This document shows, piece by piece, positions 12,388-24,270 of a stretch of DNA of 64,000 nucleotides. Within the stretch, counting starts at the first letter, position 1, and every line of letters starts with the position of its first letter. The notes below the pieces were generated by a model. The model was given only the letters and a program-made list of their open reading frames with translations, was not told where the DNA came from and did no database searches. The position numbers and the translations under genes were made by a program. The DNA is taken from contig JAAOMT010000031.1 of NCBI GenBank assembly GCA_016748015.1, positions 62,001-126,000 on the forward strand, written 5' to 3'. This stretch comes from Geosiphon pyriformis uo1. Its lineage: Eukaryota; Fungi; Glomeromycota.

Positions 12388-14186
12388 ATAGTAATGTGAA
12401 TTTTAATAATATGTGTATAGTACTTTTTGATATATGATAGTATAATAGATAAATAAGTAAAACAGCTCTTGGTTTCTTCTAATTAAGCAGTTGTATTTTT
12501 TTTGGTGTTTTTATTGGTATTTGTAATTTTTCTTTATCTGTAAAGATAATAAAAAATCTTTGTTTGGTGTATTTTTCAATTTTTTAGTTTATTTTCGTAA
12601 TTAATAATGCAAATAAATGATTTGGTAAAAGTATAATGCTTTGAAATAATTCACTGTAGAAATTGTTGAAAGTGGCTTCTAGATTTCATTGGTTTTTTAA
12701 GTAGAATTTAATTTTTTTGTTAATGTAGTAGTTAAAAGCTGATTCAGTTGACCAATAGTTACTTGTTAGTCCAAGATGAATTTAGTAATATTGAAATAAG
12801 AATTTTGTAAATCTTAAGTGATTTTCTCTTATGATTTCTTGGTCTGTTACTTTTTTAAATGATTAATATTAATGCTGGTTTTCTGTTGAATTATATTTTA
12901 TAAAGATTACCAAATATTATAAGTGCTTATTTAGAGTGTTGGAACAAATAACAAACTTATAATTTAGTGTTCAATAATTGATGGTATTGGTAATTTCTGA
13001 AAATTTTGGAGTCTAAAAGTTTTGGTTAAGTTTTTTGTATAATGGACAAAAATTTAATTAATGGTTTTTTTCATGAATTTTTTTCTTTAGTGTTGTTACT
13101 AGTAAAATTTTAGCTATTAATTAGCATAAAATTACTTTTTTTATTCCTAACATTAATTAGTATATATTATTATTATTTCAATTATTACTTATTATTTAAT
13201 CAAATTATCAAATATTATTATTTAATCAAATTATCAAATATTATTATTTAATTAATAATTCAATTTGTACTATAGAAATTAAAATAATTAAATTACACAA
13301 TACTCTGAACTATTTAATAATCAAAAATTCGCCAAAATTAACAGAAATTGGCCGAATAATCAATAGTTTGTAAAAATAATTTGTAGTTTACCAAAATGTA
13401 TCTTTAGTTTGCTGAAATTGTACCAAAAAAAAAAATACAAATTTAAAGACTAGTAATACAGCAAGTTGTATAAAAAAAGAGCTTCTCTCTTCAAGAAAAT
13501 GTATTTTATCATAATATCTTATTTTATTTTAAATATTTTTATTAGAACAAATTACTTTTTATATATTCTTACAAAAAATCAAATAAAAATTAAAATATTC
13601 AAAAACCAAAATCCTTAAAATATTATACTTGAAACTTTTAAAACCCAACTAATATTTTGAAATTGATTAACTACCAATTTCAGTAATCTGTTAGTAATTC
13701 CAGGCCTGAATAGAAAATAATTCTCTTAACAAAATCTTATTTTTTTTATATTTTTTTTATCTTCTTTTATTTTTTTATTATAATCATTAAGGTAGCCTAT
13801 AGACAAAATTTCTGTAGAAGAGTTGATTTTTACAGCAAAGTAATTACACATTTTTAGTAAGCTTTTAGATAAGTTATTTTTAGAAAAGAGTTGATATTTA
13901 TTACAATGTAACTACATAAAATAACTGACAAAAAATTGGTTATTCTACTTATAAGCACAGTAGTTCAAATTATAGAAGATAAATAAATTCAGTTATTAGA
14001 GGTTTAACTACTTCTAAAAAACGTGAATTCACAACAAACAGATATTAACAACATTTAAGAAAAGAGACCAAAAACCTTTAGTAACAGCATGATAACCAGT
14101 TTATTCTAACAGTCATGTCTTTTTAATAAGCTATTTTTAAATTTCTACTCTTATTTCTGAATTTTTTATTAGACTATCTTTGACAT
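12388..14186 (-). mobile_element. Outermost visible host: heavily decayed family B copy (gag N-terminus 12388-~12850, PBS relic, partial 5' LTR 12915-13093 plus 14087-14186)
   Basis: RC shows ESAFNYY(I)N-type gag and B-type U5. Interrupted by three later insertions. Confidence 0.75.
13094..14086 (+). repeat. Solo LTR, family A-related subfamily
   Basis: TGTTACTAG...TAGTAACA, 993 bp, homologous to 34707-35699. No PBS or PPT. TSD GTGT/GCAT. Confidence 0.88.
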
Positions 14187-14813
14187 TATTACTTATAAAG
14201 AAAACATATAAAGAAAAATAGTAGGAAAACAGATAAACCAATAGAAAAGTAATAGTTAGCACATGAGCACATTGTGCAATAATATAAAGCAATGTCAGAA
14301 ATTATGGCACATTGCTCAGCAATGTAAAGCAATATTAAAAAATTAGGGCACATTGCTCAAAAAATTATAACACATTGCTTGAGAATATAAGCAATCTTAT
14401 AAAACCTAAATTATGTATATATAACAAGAGCATTAAAAGCAAAAAAAACAGAACAATTACCAATATTTCTCTATTACTACATCTCTATTAGAATTATTAA
14501 TATCAATAAATAATTATTCACTATTTAAATTACTTTCCTCATTATCAACACTTTATGTTAATAGTAACTAATATTAAACCACACTAGAACAATAACTCTT
14601 GATTATGGCTATTAATGGAATACTAACTTAATTGCCTTGGCTTATTTAATTGATTTCTTTATTTTTCTTATTTTTGTTTCTTTGTTTTGTTTTACTAATT
14701 GATTAAGGATTAAAAGTGCTGAATTACAGATGTTATAAGGACTGGTAAAAAACCCATAAAATAAGAGTAGAGAACTCATAAATTTGAGAATAGTTTACCA
14801 GGAGGATTACTAG
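14187..14813 (+). repeat. Family B LTR (U3 type 2), 5' part; interrupted at 14814, remainder outside the window
   Basis: Starts TATTACTTATAAAGAAAA. Contains ACATTGCTCAGCAATGT repeats, TATA and the conserved hairpin. Confidence 0.8.
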
Positions 14814-15025
14814 TATTACAGATGATTATTTGAGATTTCAAAGTAAATAAAAAATCTGTAACTTGGTGCTCAATTGTTATAATAGTATTGATATCTGATG
14901 GTTTTCATGATCTGAAGGTTTTGGTTGAATCTTTTATATAATAAACAGAGATTTAATTAATAGTTTTTATCTGTAGCTTCTTGAAACCACAATTTTGTCA
15001 ATTTCTTTCTCAGTGTAATGGCTGG

Positions 15026-15840
15026 TGTTATTCATAAAAAGAAAAACAGATATAGAAAATAATAAACCAATAAGAGAGTAGTAGTTAGCATGTTAGCACA
15101 TTGCTCAGCAATGTGGAGTAATATTAGAAAATTAGGGCACATTGCTCAGCAATGTGAGCATTGCTTAAGAAATCATAGCACATTGCTCAAGAATGTGAGT
15201 GATCTTATAGAACATCAATTATGTATATATAGCAGTAGTATTAGAAAAAAAAAAGACAGACCTCTTAGTTTAAATTTGATCTAAGCAATCTTCCATTTAC
15301 AAATATCAATAAATAATTATTCACTATTTTAATTCATTTTCCATTATCAACACTTCATGTTAATAGTAATTGATACTTAACTACACTGGAACAATAGCTT
15401 TTGATCATGGCTATTGACAGGATACTAACACTTATTATCTTGACTTATTTCTTTATTTTGATTTTATTTTATTTTCTTTGTATTTCTTTTGTTTCACTAA
15501 TTGATTAAAAGAGTAAAAGCACTGAATTATTGACATCAAGGATTGTCTGGTAAAAGATCCCAAAGGAAGGATATAGCATTGAAAATTTAAGGATAGTTTA
15601 CCAGAAGGGCATCTCTGCCAAATTATTGACCACCATACTAGAAAAGAAATTGGATGGAATTGTGATTCCAAAAGACTACTAAAACAACTATTGAATTTCT
15701 GTCTATTATACAAAGAACTCCACAACAAAACCTTCAGATCACAAAAACCTTCAGAAACCAATATCCATCATTTTAATCAATTAAGCACTAAGTTACAGGT
15801 TTGTTATTTGCTTTGAGACTCTAAATAATCATCTGTAATA
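15026..15840 (+). repeat. 5' LTR (B, U3 type 2)
   Basis: TGTTATTCAT...CTGTAATA, followed by PBS TGGTGCTCTCTGTGAAGT at 15843-15860. Confidence 0.9.
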
Positions 15841-16030
15841 TTTGGTGCTCTCTGTGAAGTATAAATTCTACAAAGAACCAGCACCAACAACAATCATTCA
15901 AAAGTGGCAAAATCAGAAATAATAGAGACAAACCATTTAGGATTTACTAAATTCTTATTTCAACAATACAGCAAACAATGGACTTAATTAACAACTATTA
16001 TCTAGTGAAATCAGCTTTCAAATTTTACAT

Positions 16031-16906
16031 TGTTACTTATAGAATATAGAAAAGATACTAGCATATAAATTAGCCAATCAGAAGTAGGCACAATAAATGT
16101 AGAATTCCAGGATTCCTCTTAGAAAAATTGCAAGATTCTAAGAATTTCAGGATTCTTATACAAGGAATCGCAGGATTCCAGAATTCCAGGATTCCTCTCA
16201 AAGAAATTGCAAGATTCTAGGAATTCTAGGATTTCTGATGTAAAAAATTGAGGAATTAAGGAATCTTAATTATGTATATATAGTAGTAGTGCTAGAAATA
16301 GAAAAGAAAAAATCTTTTAGTTAGAGACCTCTTGGTTTAGATCTGATCTAAGCAACTATCCAAATCACAATTATCTAATAAATAACTATTTGTTATCTTA
16401 AATCCATCTTTATTATCAACATTTATGTTGATAGCCATCGACACATAAATTATACTAGAACAATAGCTCTTGATCACAGCTATTGACAGAATACTAATTT
16501 GTTTATTGCTTTGACTTATTCTTTTATTTTATTTTATTTTTTTATTTTTTTTTGTTGTAATTTTGTTGTTTACTAACTTGATTGAGGATTAAAGTGCTGA
16601 GTTATTAACATCACAGATAGCCTGGTAAAAGACCCAGAAATAAGGATAGAATTATATATATTATCAGATAACTTACCAGAAGGGCATAACTGCCAGAATA
16701 AATCCAGCCATCAAGCTGAGAAAGAAATTGGGAAGCAACTTACAAGAAAACTGTGAATAGCACCAACAAAAAATCTCTGTCCATTATACAAAGAACTCTA
16801 CATCAAAAACCTTCAAATCATCATCATCATCAAACACAAATAGCTTTTGAGCACTAAGTTATGAGTTTGTTATTTGACTTGAGACCTCAAATAATCACTT
16901 GTAACA
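16031..16906 (+). repeat. 5' LTR (B, U3 type 1)
   Basis: TGTTACTTAT...TGTAACA. GGAATTCC/GGATTCC array, TATA ~16272-16282, PBS 16909-16926. Confidence 0.92.
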
Positions 16907-16968
16907 TTTGGTGCTCCTTGTAAGGTATAATTTTACAGAGAACCAGCATCAACAACAACTATTCAAAA

Positions 16969-18862
16969 GTAGCAGAATCAGAAATCATAGAGACAAACCA
17001 TTTAGAATTCGCCAAATCTTTGTTTTAACAGTACAGCCAACAATTGGAATTAAACAATAAACATTTTCCAGCAGAATCAGCCTTCAACTTCTATGTTAAT
17101 GGTAAAATTACAGACTGCTTAGGAAGAACAGTTAACATCAAATCAGCAAGAGAAAATTTCTATATAGAACTATTTCAACACACTAACTTATCAAGAAACT
17201 ACAGTTTTACACCAATCATCAAGAAAATTAATCAAGTAATTGAAAGATACATTCAACAACAATTTCCCATTACTTATGCAAATAAAGGCAAAAGAAGATT
17301 ACAAACACCAGCAGTAACACCCAAAGGAATACAAGCACCTACTGGAAAGAAACAAAGAATAGAATCCCCAATATATCTATTCTATTATCACACTCCTAGT
17401 AGCATTATCAACATAACAGTAGCAGGCGCATCCACATCAAATATGACATCAATCTTTAGATAATTTCTATTTCAAAGTAAACAAAGGAAAGCAGAACTAT
17501 TAGAACCATATAGTAAATATTTTGAAGAATTTAAATCCTGATTACCAATGCTATTAGGATATCAATTACTGTCACCTCAACCTGATTTTGGAATTTCTGA
17601 CTCATGGAAAGTAACTGAATCAGATGAAGAAGAAGAAGATCAAGAATTTATTTACCAAAACCTGATTCCAGAAAATTTGATCATTGAAATTCCGAATTTT
17701 TAAACCCAGCAACATTTAAAATTAGAAAATTCGGAAAATGGAACTCTGAATATTTAAGCACTGCCAAATCAGGACAATTCAAATCCCAAGTTAATTAATC
17801 AACAAAACTTACTTCTTGAAATTGTTATTAATCAGCCACTAATCAAACTCATACAACAGCCACTCCAACAATCACTCCAACAAATTCATCAGCTGCCAGT
17901 ACTGTTACAACAACAACCACTTTAACCACTCCAACAGCCACTCCAACAACAACAAATGGCATATGCACCAATCGTAAAGCTTGACAAATTCACTGGCAAA
18001 AAAAATAACACCCAAGTCTGAATAAATGATGTGGTTAAAGCAATTACAGCCAATAATTGGGATGATGCTAAAGCCATACAAGCAATTCTCTACTTTCTCC
18101 AGGATACCACTAATGCATGGTACTAAAGCCTCACTATCAAACCCCAAAATTTTAATGAATTCAAAACTGAATTCTTGAGGTACTTTAGTAACAATAATAG
18201 CATCAACAAATTAGCCAATACCTTCACCACAATCAAACAAGGAGAAACTGAAGCAGTTACCACTTACTTGGGATGTTTCTACAGAAACTTATGCCAAATT
18301 CAAGTAATTCAAGCTGACTATTTTACAGCACCACAAATTCTAAACCAGTTCATTTGTGGGCTGTGCAGTAGCATCTTCCAATGTGTATGTCCAATGCACT
18401 CACAAACTCTTTAGGATGCAGTTACCAATGCACAAGATTTTGAAGCAGCTGAACTAGAAGCCAATTACACCCAAGCCATAAACCTGGTCATAAATGGATC
18501 ATCTAAATTGGATTCCAAATTAAAACAATTCAGTGATTCAATTAATCAGAAATTGAAAGGATACTTAGCTAACAATTGTACAATATATTAACCACCACAA
18601 TGATACAATAATCAAGAAAACATGAATCATTTTCAAAATCAACCACATCTATCCTCAGCAACCAATTAACAATAACAACAGGAAATGCAAGCCTGCCACT
18701 ATTATAATAGACAAAAACACATACAAATTGACTGCTGACAGCATTTAAATAACCAATGATTGAGAAATCAATATAGAAACCCCAATTGCCGGTTCCCAAC
18801 TCAGAACTATTAAACAAATTCAGCTCAATATCAACTGACTTACCTGCTCATGATGCAGCTGC
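16969..18862 (+). pseudogene. gag: gag of element 16031-54163 (first part)
   Basis: ORFs 17044-17463 and 18175-18414 (FTTIKQGETEAVTTYLG). Confidence 0.88.
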
Positions 18863-19708
18863 TGTTACTCATAAAAATATAGAGAATATATATTAGCATA
18901 GTTATTAACCAATCAGAAGTAAACGTAGTAAAATGTGAAATTCTAGAATTTCTCTCAGGAATTGCAGGATTCCAGGAATTACAGAATTTTCACAAAAAAT
19001 TGCAGGATTCCAGAATTCCAAGATTCTTCTCAAAGGAATTGCAGGATTCCAGGAATTCTTGGATTTCTGTTGTGAAGAATTGAGGAATTGAGAAATCTCA
19101 ATTATGTATATATAACAATAGGATTAGAAGCTGAAAGAAGGACCATCAAGTTTAGATTTCATCTAAACAACCTTCCAAACACAATAAATAACTATTTGGT
19201 ATCTCAAACCTAATTCCACTATCAACACTCTATGTTAATAGTAATTGATACTTAAACCCACTGGAACAATAGCTCTTGATCATGGCTATTAATGGAATAC
19301 TGACTTGCAAAATTGCCTTGACTTATTTATAATTTTTTTTTATTTCTTTTTTTTATTTTATTTTTTTATTTTATTGTTGTGCACTAATTGGTTGAATAAA
19401 ATACTAGATTATTGACATCAAAGATTGCCTGGTAAAAGACCTCTGTGAGAGAGTAGGACATGTACAGAAGATACAAAATACTTACCAGAAGATTGTTGGC
19501 CATTATGCTGAGAGAAGAATTGACAGAATTGCGATTCTGGGAAGCTATAGATAAAACAACTATTGAATCTCTGTTTATTATACAAAGAACTCAAACTGAA
19601 ACCTTCAGATACAAAACCTTCAGATTAATAACATTAACACAAATAACTTTTAGCACCAAGTTACGGGTTTGTTATTTGATCCAACACCCCAAATAATCAC
19701 TTATAACA
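18863..19708 (+). repeat. 5' LTR (B, U3 type 1)
   Basis: TGTTACTCAT...TATAACA. Matches 45978-46838. Confidence 0.92.
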
Positions 19709-19710
19709 TT

Positions 19711-19728
19711 TGGTGCTCCCTGTGAGGT
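19711..19728 (+). promoter_or_regulatory. Primer-binding site TGGTGCTCCCTGTGAGGT
   Basis: Geometry of a tRNA 3' complement (CCA, discriminator, acceptor stem, T stem). Likely elongator Met or Ile(UAU) type; not confirmed. Confidence 0.85.
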
Positions 19729-19769
19729 ATAATTTTACAGAGAACCAGTACCAACAACTCCATCCAAAA

Positions 19770-22620
19770 GTGGCAGAATTAGAAAAAATCAGAGCAAACC
19801 ATTTAGAATTTGCGAAATTCTTATTTCAACATTACTGTCAACATTTGGGATTAACCCATAACCACATATCAGCAGAATCAGCTTTCAATTTCTACATCAA
19901 CAAAAGGATTGTCTATCTGTTGGGAACATCTGTGAATATTGAATCAGTGAGAAAAACTTTTTACAACAAATTAATTTAAAACACCAGCTTACTCACAAAT
20001 CATAATTTCACATCTATTATTACTAAGATCAACAAAGAAATTGAACATCACATACAGCAAAGATACCCAATTACTTACACAAGTAAAGACAAAAAAAAAC
20101 TACAAACACTAGTAGTAACATCTCAAAAGATACAACCACCCACTTGGAAGAAAACTAGAGTTGAGTCACCAAACAACCCATCCTACCACTATACCCCTGG
20201 AAATGCCATCAATATATCATCAACAGATATGTCCATATCAAACATGACATCAGCATTTAGACGTTTCCCATTCCAAAGTAAACAAAAGAAAGAGAATCTA
20301 CTAGGATCATACAGTGAGTATTTTGAAGGATTTAAATCTCGATTACCAATACCATCAGGATTTTGATTATTACCACCTCAACTGAATTTCAGAATTGTGA
20401 GTCCTTGGGAAATTACTGAATTGAAAGGAGAACAAGAAGTAGAAGAGGAAAAAAAATCTGAGGATCAAGAATTTACTTACCAAAACCCGATCATAAAAAA
20501 CCCGGAAATTAAAATCCTGAACTTTCAAACTCAGCCCAATTTAGACAATTCGGAAAATGACACTCCAAATATTCAAACCCCACCAAATTAGAACAATCTA
20601 AACCCTGAAGTAATTAATCAACATTTACCTCCAGTTATTGTTATCGATCAAACACCCGTTGAACCAATTGGCCAGCCCATCCAACCACTGAACCAACAAA
20701 ATCAACAACCACCACCAGTACTGTCCAAACAACAACAACAACTTCTACCACCACAGCAACAACAAATGGCTTACACACCCATTGTAAAACTTGACAAATT
20801 CAACAGTGAAGAAGACAATGCGCAAGTCTGATTAAATGATGTAGTCAAAGCCATTACAGCCAATAATTGGGATAATGCTAGAGCAATGCAAGCAATCCCT
20901 TACTTTCTCCAGGATACTGCTGATGCATGGTATCAAAGTCTTGCTGTCAAACCCCAAAATTTTAATGGATTCAAAACTGAATTCTTGCAATACTTTAGCA
21001 ACAATAATAGTATCAACAAATTAGCCAACACCTTTACAACAATCAGACAAGGAGACACTGAAGCAGTTACTATCTACTTGTGATGCTTCTATAGAAATCT
21101 ATGTCAAATACAAGCCATCCAAGCAGACTATTTCACAGCGCCACAAATTTTAAATCAATTTATTAGAGAATTGTACAGTAGCATCTTACAACGAGTACGT
21201 CCAATGCACCCAGTAGATCTTCTAACTGCAGTCACATATGCCAGAGATTTTGAAACAGCTGAACTAGAAGCTAATTACACTCAAGCTGTGAATCTAGCAA
21301 TGAATAGATCATCTGAATTGGATTCCAAATTAAAGCAATTTAGTGATTCAATTAATCAGAAATTAGAAAGATACTTAACTAACAATCACATGATTTATCA
21401 ATTTCCTCAATAGTGTAACAATCAGGAAAATGCAAATCGTTTTCAAAATCAGTCATGTCTATTATCATCATCCAATCAGTCATGGCAGTCAGAGATGCAC
21501 GTCTGCCACAACTGTGGTAAACAAAGACACATCAGAGCCAACTGTCATACTTATAGCAATCTATGATTGGGAAATCAATATAGAAACCCCGATCTCTAGT
21601 TCCAGATTCTGAACCATCACCTGAATCAAGACCAATACCAATCCATTTACCTGCCTATAATACACTAACCAATTTATCAACTGTCAGTTTATTAAACTTC
21701 AGTTTATCAACTGCTGCCACAAGCAATTTATCAGGTGCAGTCACAAGTAATATATTAACCACAGCCACCAGCAATCTATCAAACACCCACCATTCAAACA
21801 CCACCAGCAAACCCAGCTCAAATGACATCAGAGAACCCAAGATCGAGGATCACCCAAAACTGGAGATCAGCAATGGTTATACATCAACCAATTCCCAGCT
21901 CTTTCCACCAACAATCAGGATCTTGTCAGCAAAATTCGGGCACCGGTTTCATCCAAAACCTGAATTCCCAACACTATTTAAGTCTTCTGGTGACTCTAGA
22001 AGACACCGCATTCAGCAATCAGAGAATCAAACAACAATAACCACTTACCAATAATATTCTACCTGCTACAATCACCAAAAATGAATCTTTGGATGCCATC
22101 TTTCCATTCGAACTCGAGGAACTATCAGATATGCTATTATTCAGTGGAGCAGCACTTGAAGAAAAACTGATTATGGCCATGTACACTGATGCCAAAATCA
22201 ATGGCCACTCTATCAAATTAATCTTTAACAGTTGTTTAGCAGACAGCATCATCACCCGACAACTCATGGATCAATTAGGTTGCCGAGTTGATTGCACTGC
22301 CAGTGCCAAAATTATCACTGTGGATGGAGCCACCAAAACCCCAATTGGCGAAATCAATGACTTCCCCATTAAAGTCAATGACATCATAGTACCTATCAAA
22401 GTTCTGGTGATGAAAGCCACCCAATACCAAGCATTAGTTGGTAATGACTGGCTATTCAAAACCAATGCCATGCTCGATTGGACAACTCAAAAACTAGTAC
22501 TCAGCCAGAATGGTCGACACACACGAGTACCAGCAATGTATGGTCACTTCAAAGCTACCAACACCATAGCATTACTAATTGACCTCAAAGAAGAAAAACC
22601 AAAACCTACCTAAGAAGCAT
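19770..22620 (+). pseudogene. gag (CCHC knuckle ~21503-21544) and aspartic protease of element 18863-46838
   Basis: CHNCGKQRHIRANC knuckle. ORF 22089-22613 has ALVGNDWL and a degraded DSG motif. Confidence 0.9.
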
Positions 22621-23486
22621 TGTTACAGGTGAGTCTTTGAGGTGTTGAGTGAATAACAAACCCATAACTTGGTGCATAAAGCAATTAGTGATAATGATAA
22701 TCTGAAAATTTTCCAATCGAGTTCTTTGTATAATGGACAGAGATTCAATGGTAACAGTTTATTAGTAGTTTCCTGAAACTGTAGTTTTATTGATTGCTTG
22801 CTTAGCTTAATGGTTGATGATTCTCCTGGTATGATATTCTCTATAAGTGTATACCAGTACTGTTTCCTAATGTTAGTTTCTCTGTAAGTCCTCCAAGAGT
22901 AAGTATTGTTTAAGCAAGTTTATTCCTCCATAAGTTCTCCAAGAGTAAATCCTTTAATCAAGTTAGTAGACAACAAAGAAAATAAAGAAAAGATAAAAGA
23001 GAAAATAAGAAATAAGCCAAGGCAATTTGCAAGTTAGTATCCTGTCAATAGCCATGATTAAAAGCTATTGTTCCAGTATGGTTAAGTATCAATTACTATC
23101 AACATAAAGTGTTAATAGTAAAGAATGAATTTGATATAGTGAATAATTATTTATTTGAGGATTGTGGTAACTAAGCTAAGGATTTTTGGTGTCCATTTTG
23201 TTTTTTCTGCTTCTAATGCTACTGCTATATATACATATTTGAGATTCTTCAATTCCTCAATTCTTTGCAACAAGAATCCTGGAATTCCTAGAATCCTGTG
23301 ATTCCTGATGAGAGGAATTCTGGAATTCTGGAATCCTGTAATTCCTTGTTGGAGAATTCTGAAATTCCTGGAATCCTGCAATTCCTTTGAGAGAAATCTT
23401 GGAATTCCATATTTACTATGTTTACATCTAATTGGCTAATATCTACTGATTAATAATACTATATTTCCTATATTCTATGAGTAACA
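22621..23486 (-). repeat. 3' LTR (B)
   Basis: Direct repeat of 29965-30851. PPT RC AAGGAGGGGATAA adjacent. Confidence 0.92.
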
Positions 23487-23499
23487 TTATCCCCTCCTT

Positions 23500-24129
23500 T
23501 TAATATTGAGCTCTGTTGAAATCTAATTCTTTTAATTCCTCTTCTTGAATTATTTCTTAAACTTTTTTTTCAAGTATTACTTGTGTTATTTTAGTTTGTA
23601 GTTCTTCAAATTGGGTGTTGGTCATTTTTCCCAATTGATTACTCGTAACTGTATCTATTGCTATATTGAATAAGATTTCTGGTCGGTCTTGAAATCCTAT
23701 ATATAGTCAGTAAATGGCTCGAGCTTGTGTGGTTAGATTGTTTTTTTCCACAAATTGTTCCAGTTGTTTCAATATTGTTGTGTCGAATAACCATTTTGTT
23801 TTGTCGGTGTACAAATTCTAGATATTTATGTGTTGTCCCAAGTGGAAACGACAATAGTTTTTCAAAAATTGTTGCATCCACCAAGTCCAAGTTTCTCTGG
23901 TAAGTTCTTGGTGTAATCTGACTATTTGTTGTTCTTTTATGGCCAATTTTATTTTGGTCATGATCTTGTCAACAACATTTTCAAGTCTTTTCTGTGCTTT
24001 GTTTTGTGGTATCTTTGCTGTATTTTTGTAACAAATGGTTTGTTGATTGATTGTAATTTTCATATTCTGGTATTAGATTAATTGAAAAATTTGTTGGGCT
24101 AGTGAATAGATATTGTCTGTAATTTCCAT
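23500..24129 (-). pseudogene. ORF3, family B
   Basis: 630 nt, MEITDNI...NYCRFHLGQHINI...RAQY*. Internal stops. Confidence 0.85.
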
Positions 24130-24270
24130 TTTTCTGATCTCTTCTGTCGCATCAACTATGTTCTTATATATTCTTTTGTTAATCAATTGGATGTGTTGTT
24201 GTCAATGATAATGATTGGTTCCAGATTTCGTGGAATCTTATCTGGTTGGACTAGTATTCTCTGTACTTCC

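Noticed and set aside
16100-16265. CRISPR-like or satellite array (GGAATTCC repeats; also the ACATTGCTCAGCAATGT repeats)
   Set aside because: Short degenerate units without unique spacers, confined to LTR U3. No cas genes, and the context is eukaryotic.
19460-19696. Recurrent small ORFs in B LTR U5 (also 46608-46826, 54010) possibly reading through the PBS into gag
   Set aside because: A stop (TGA/TAA) lies inside the PBS in all copies. U5 has 17-bp repeat indels and the frames differ between subfamilies, so the recurrence simply reflects LTR homology.
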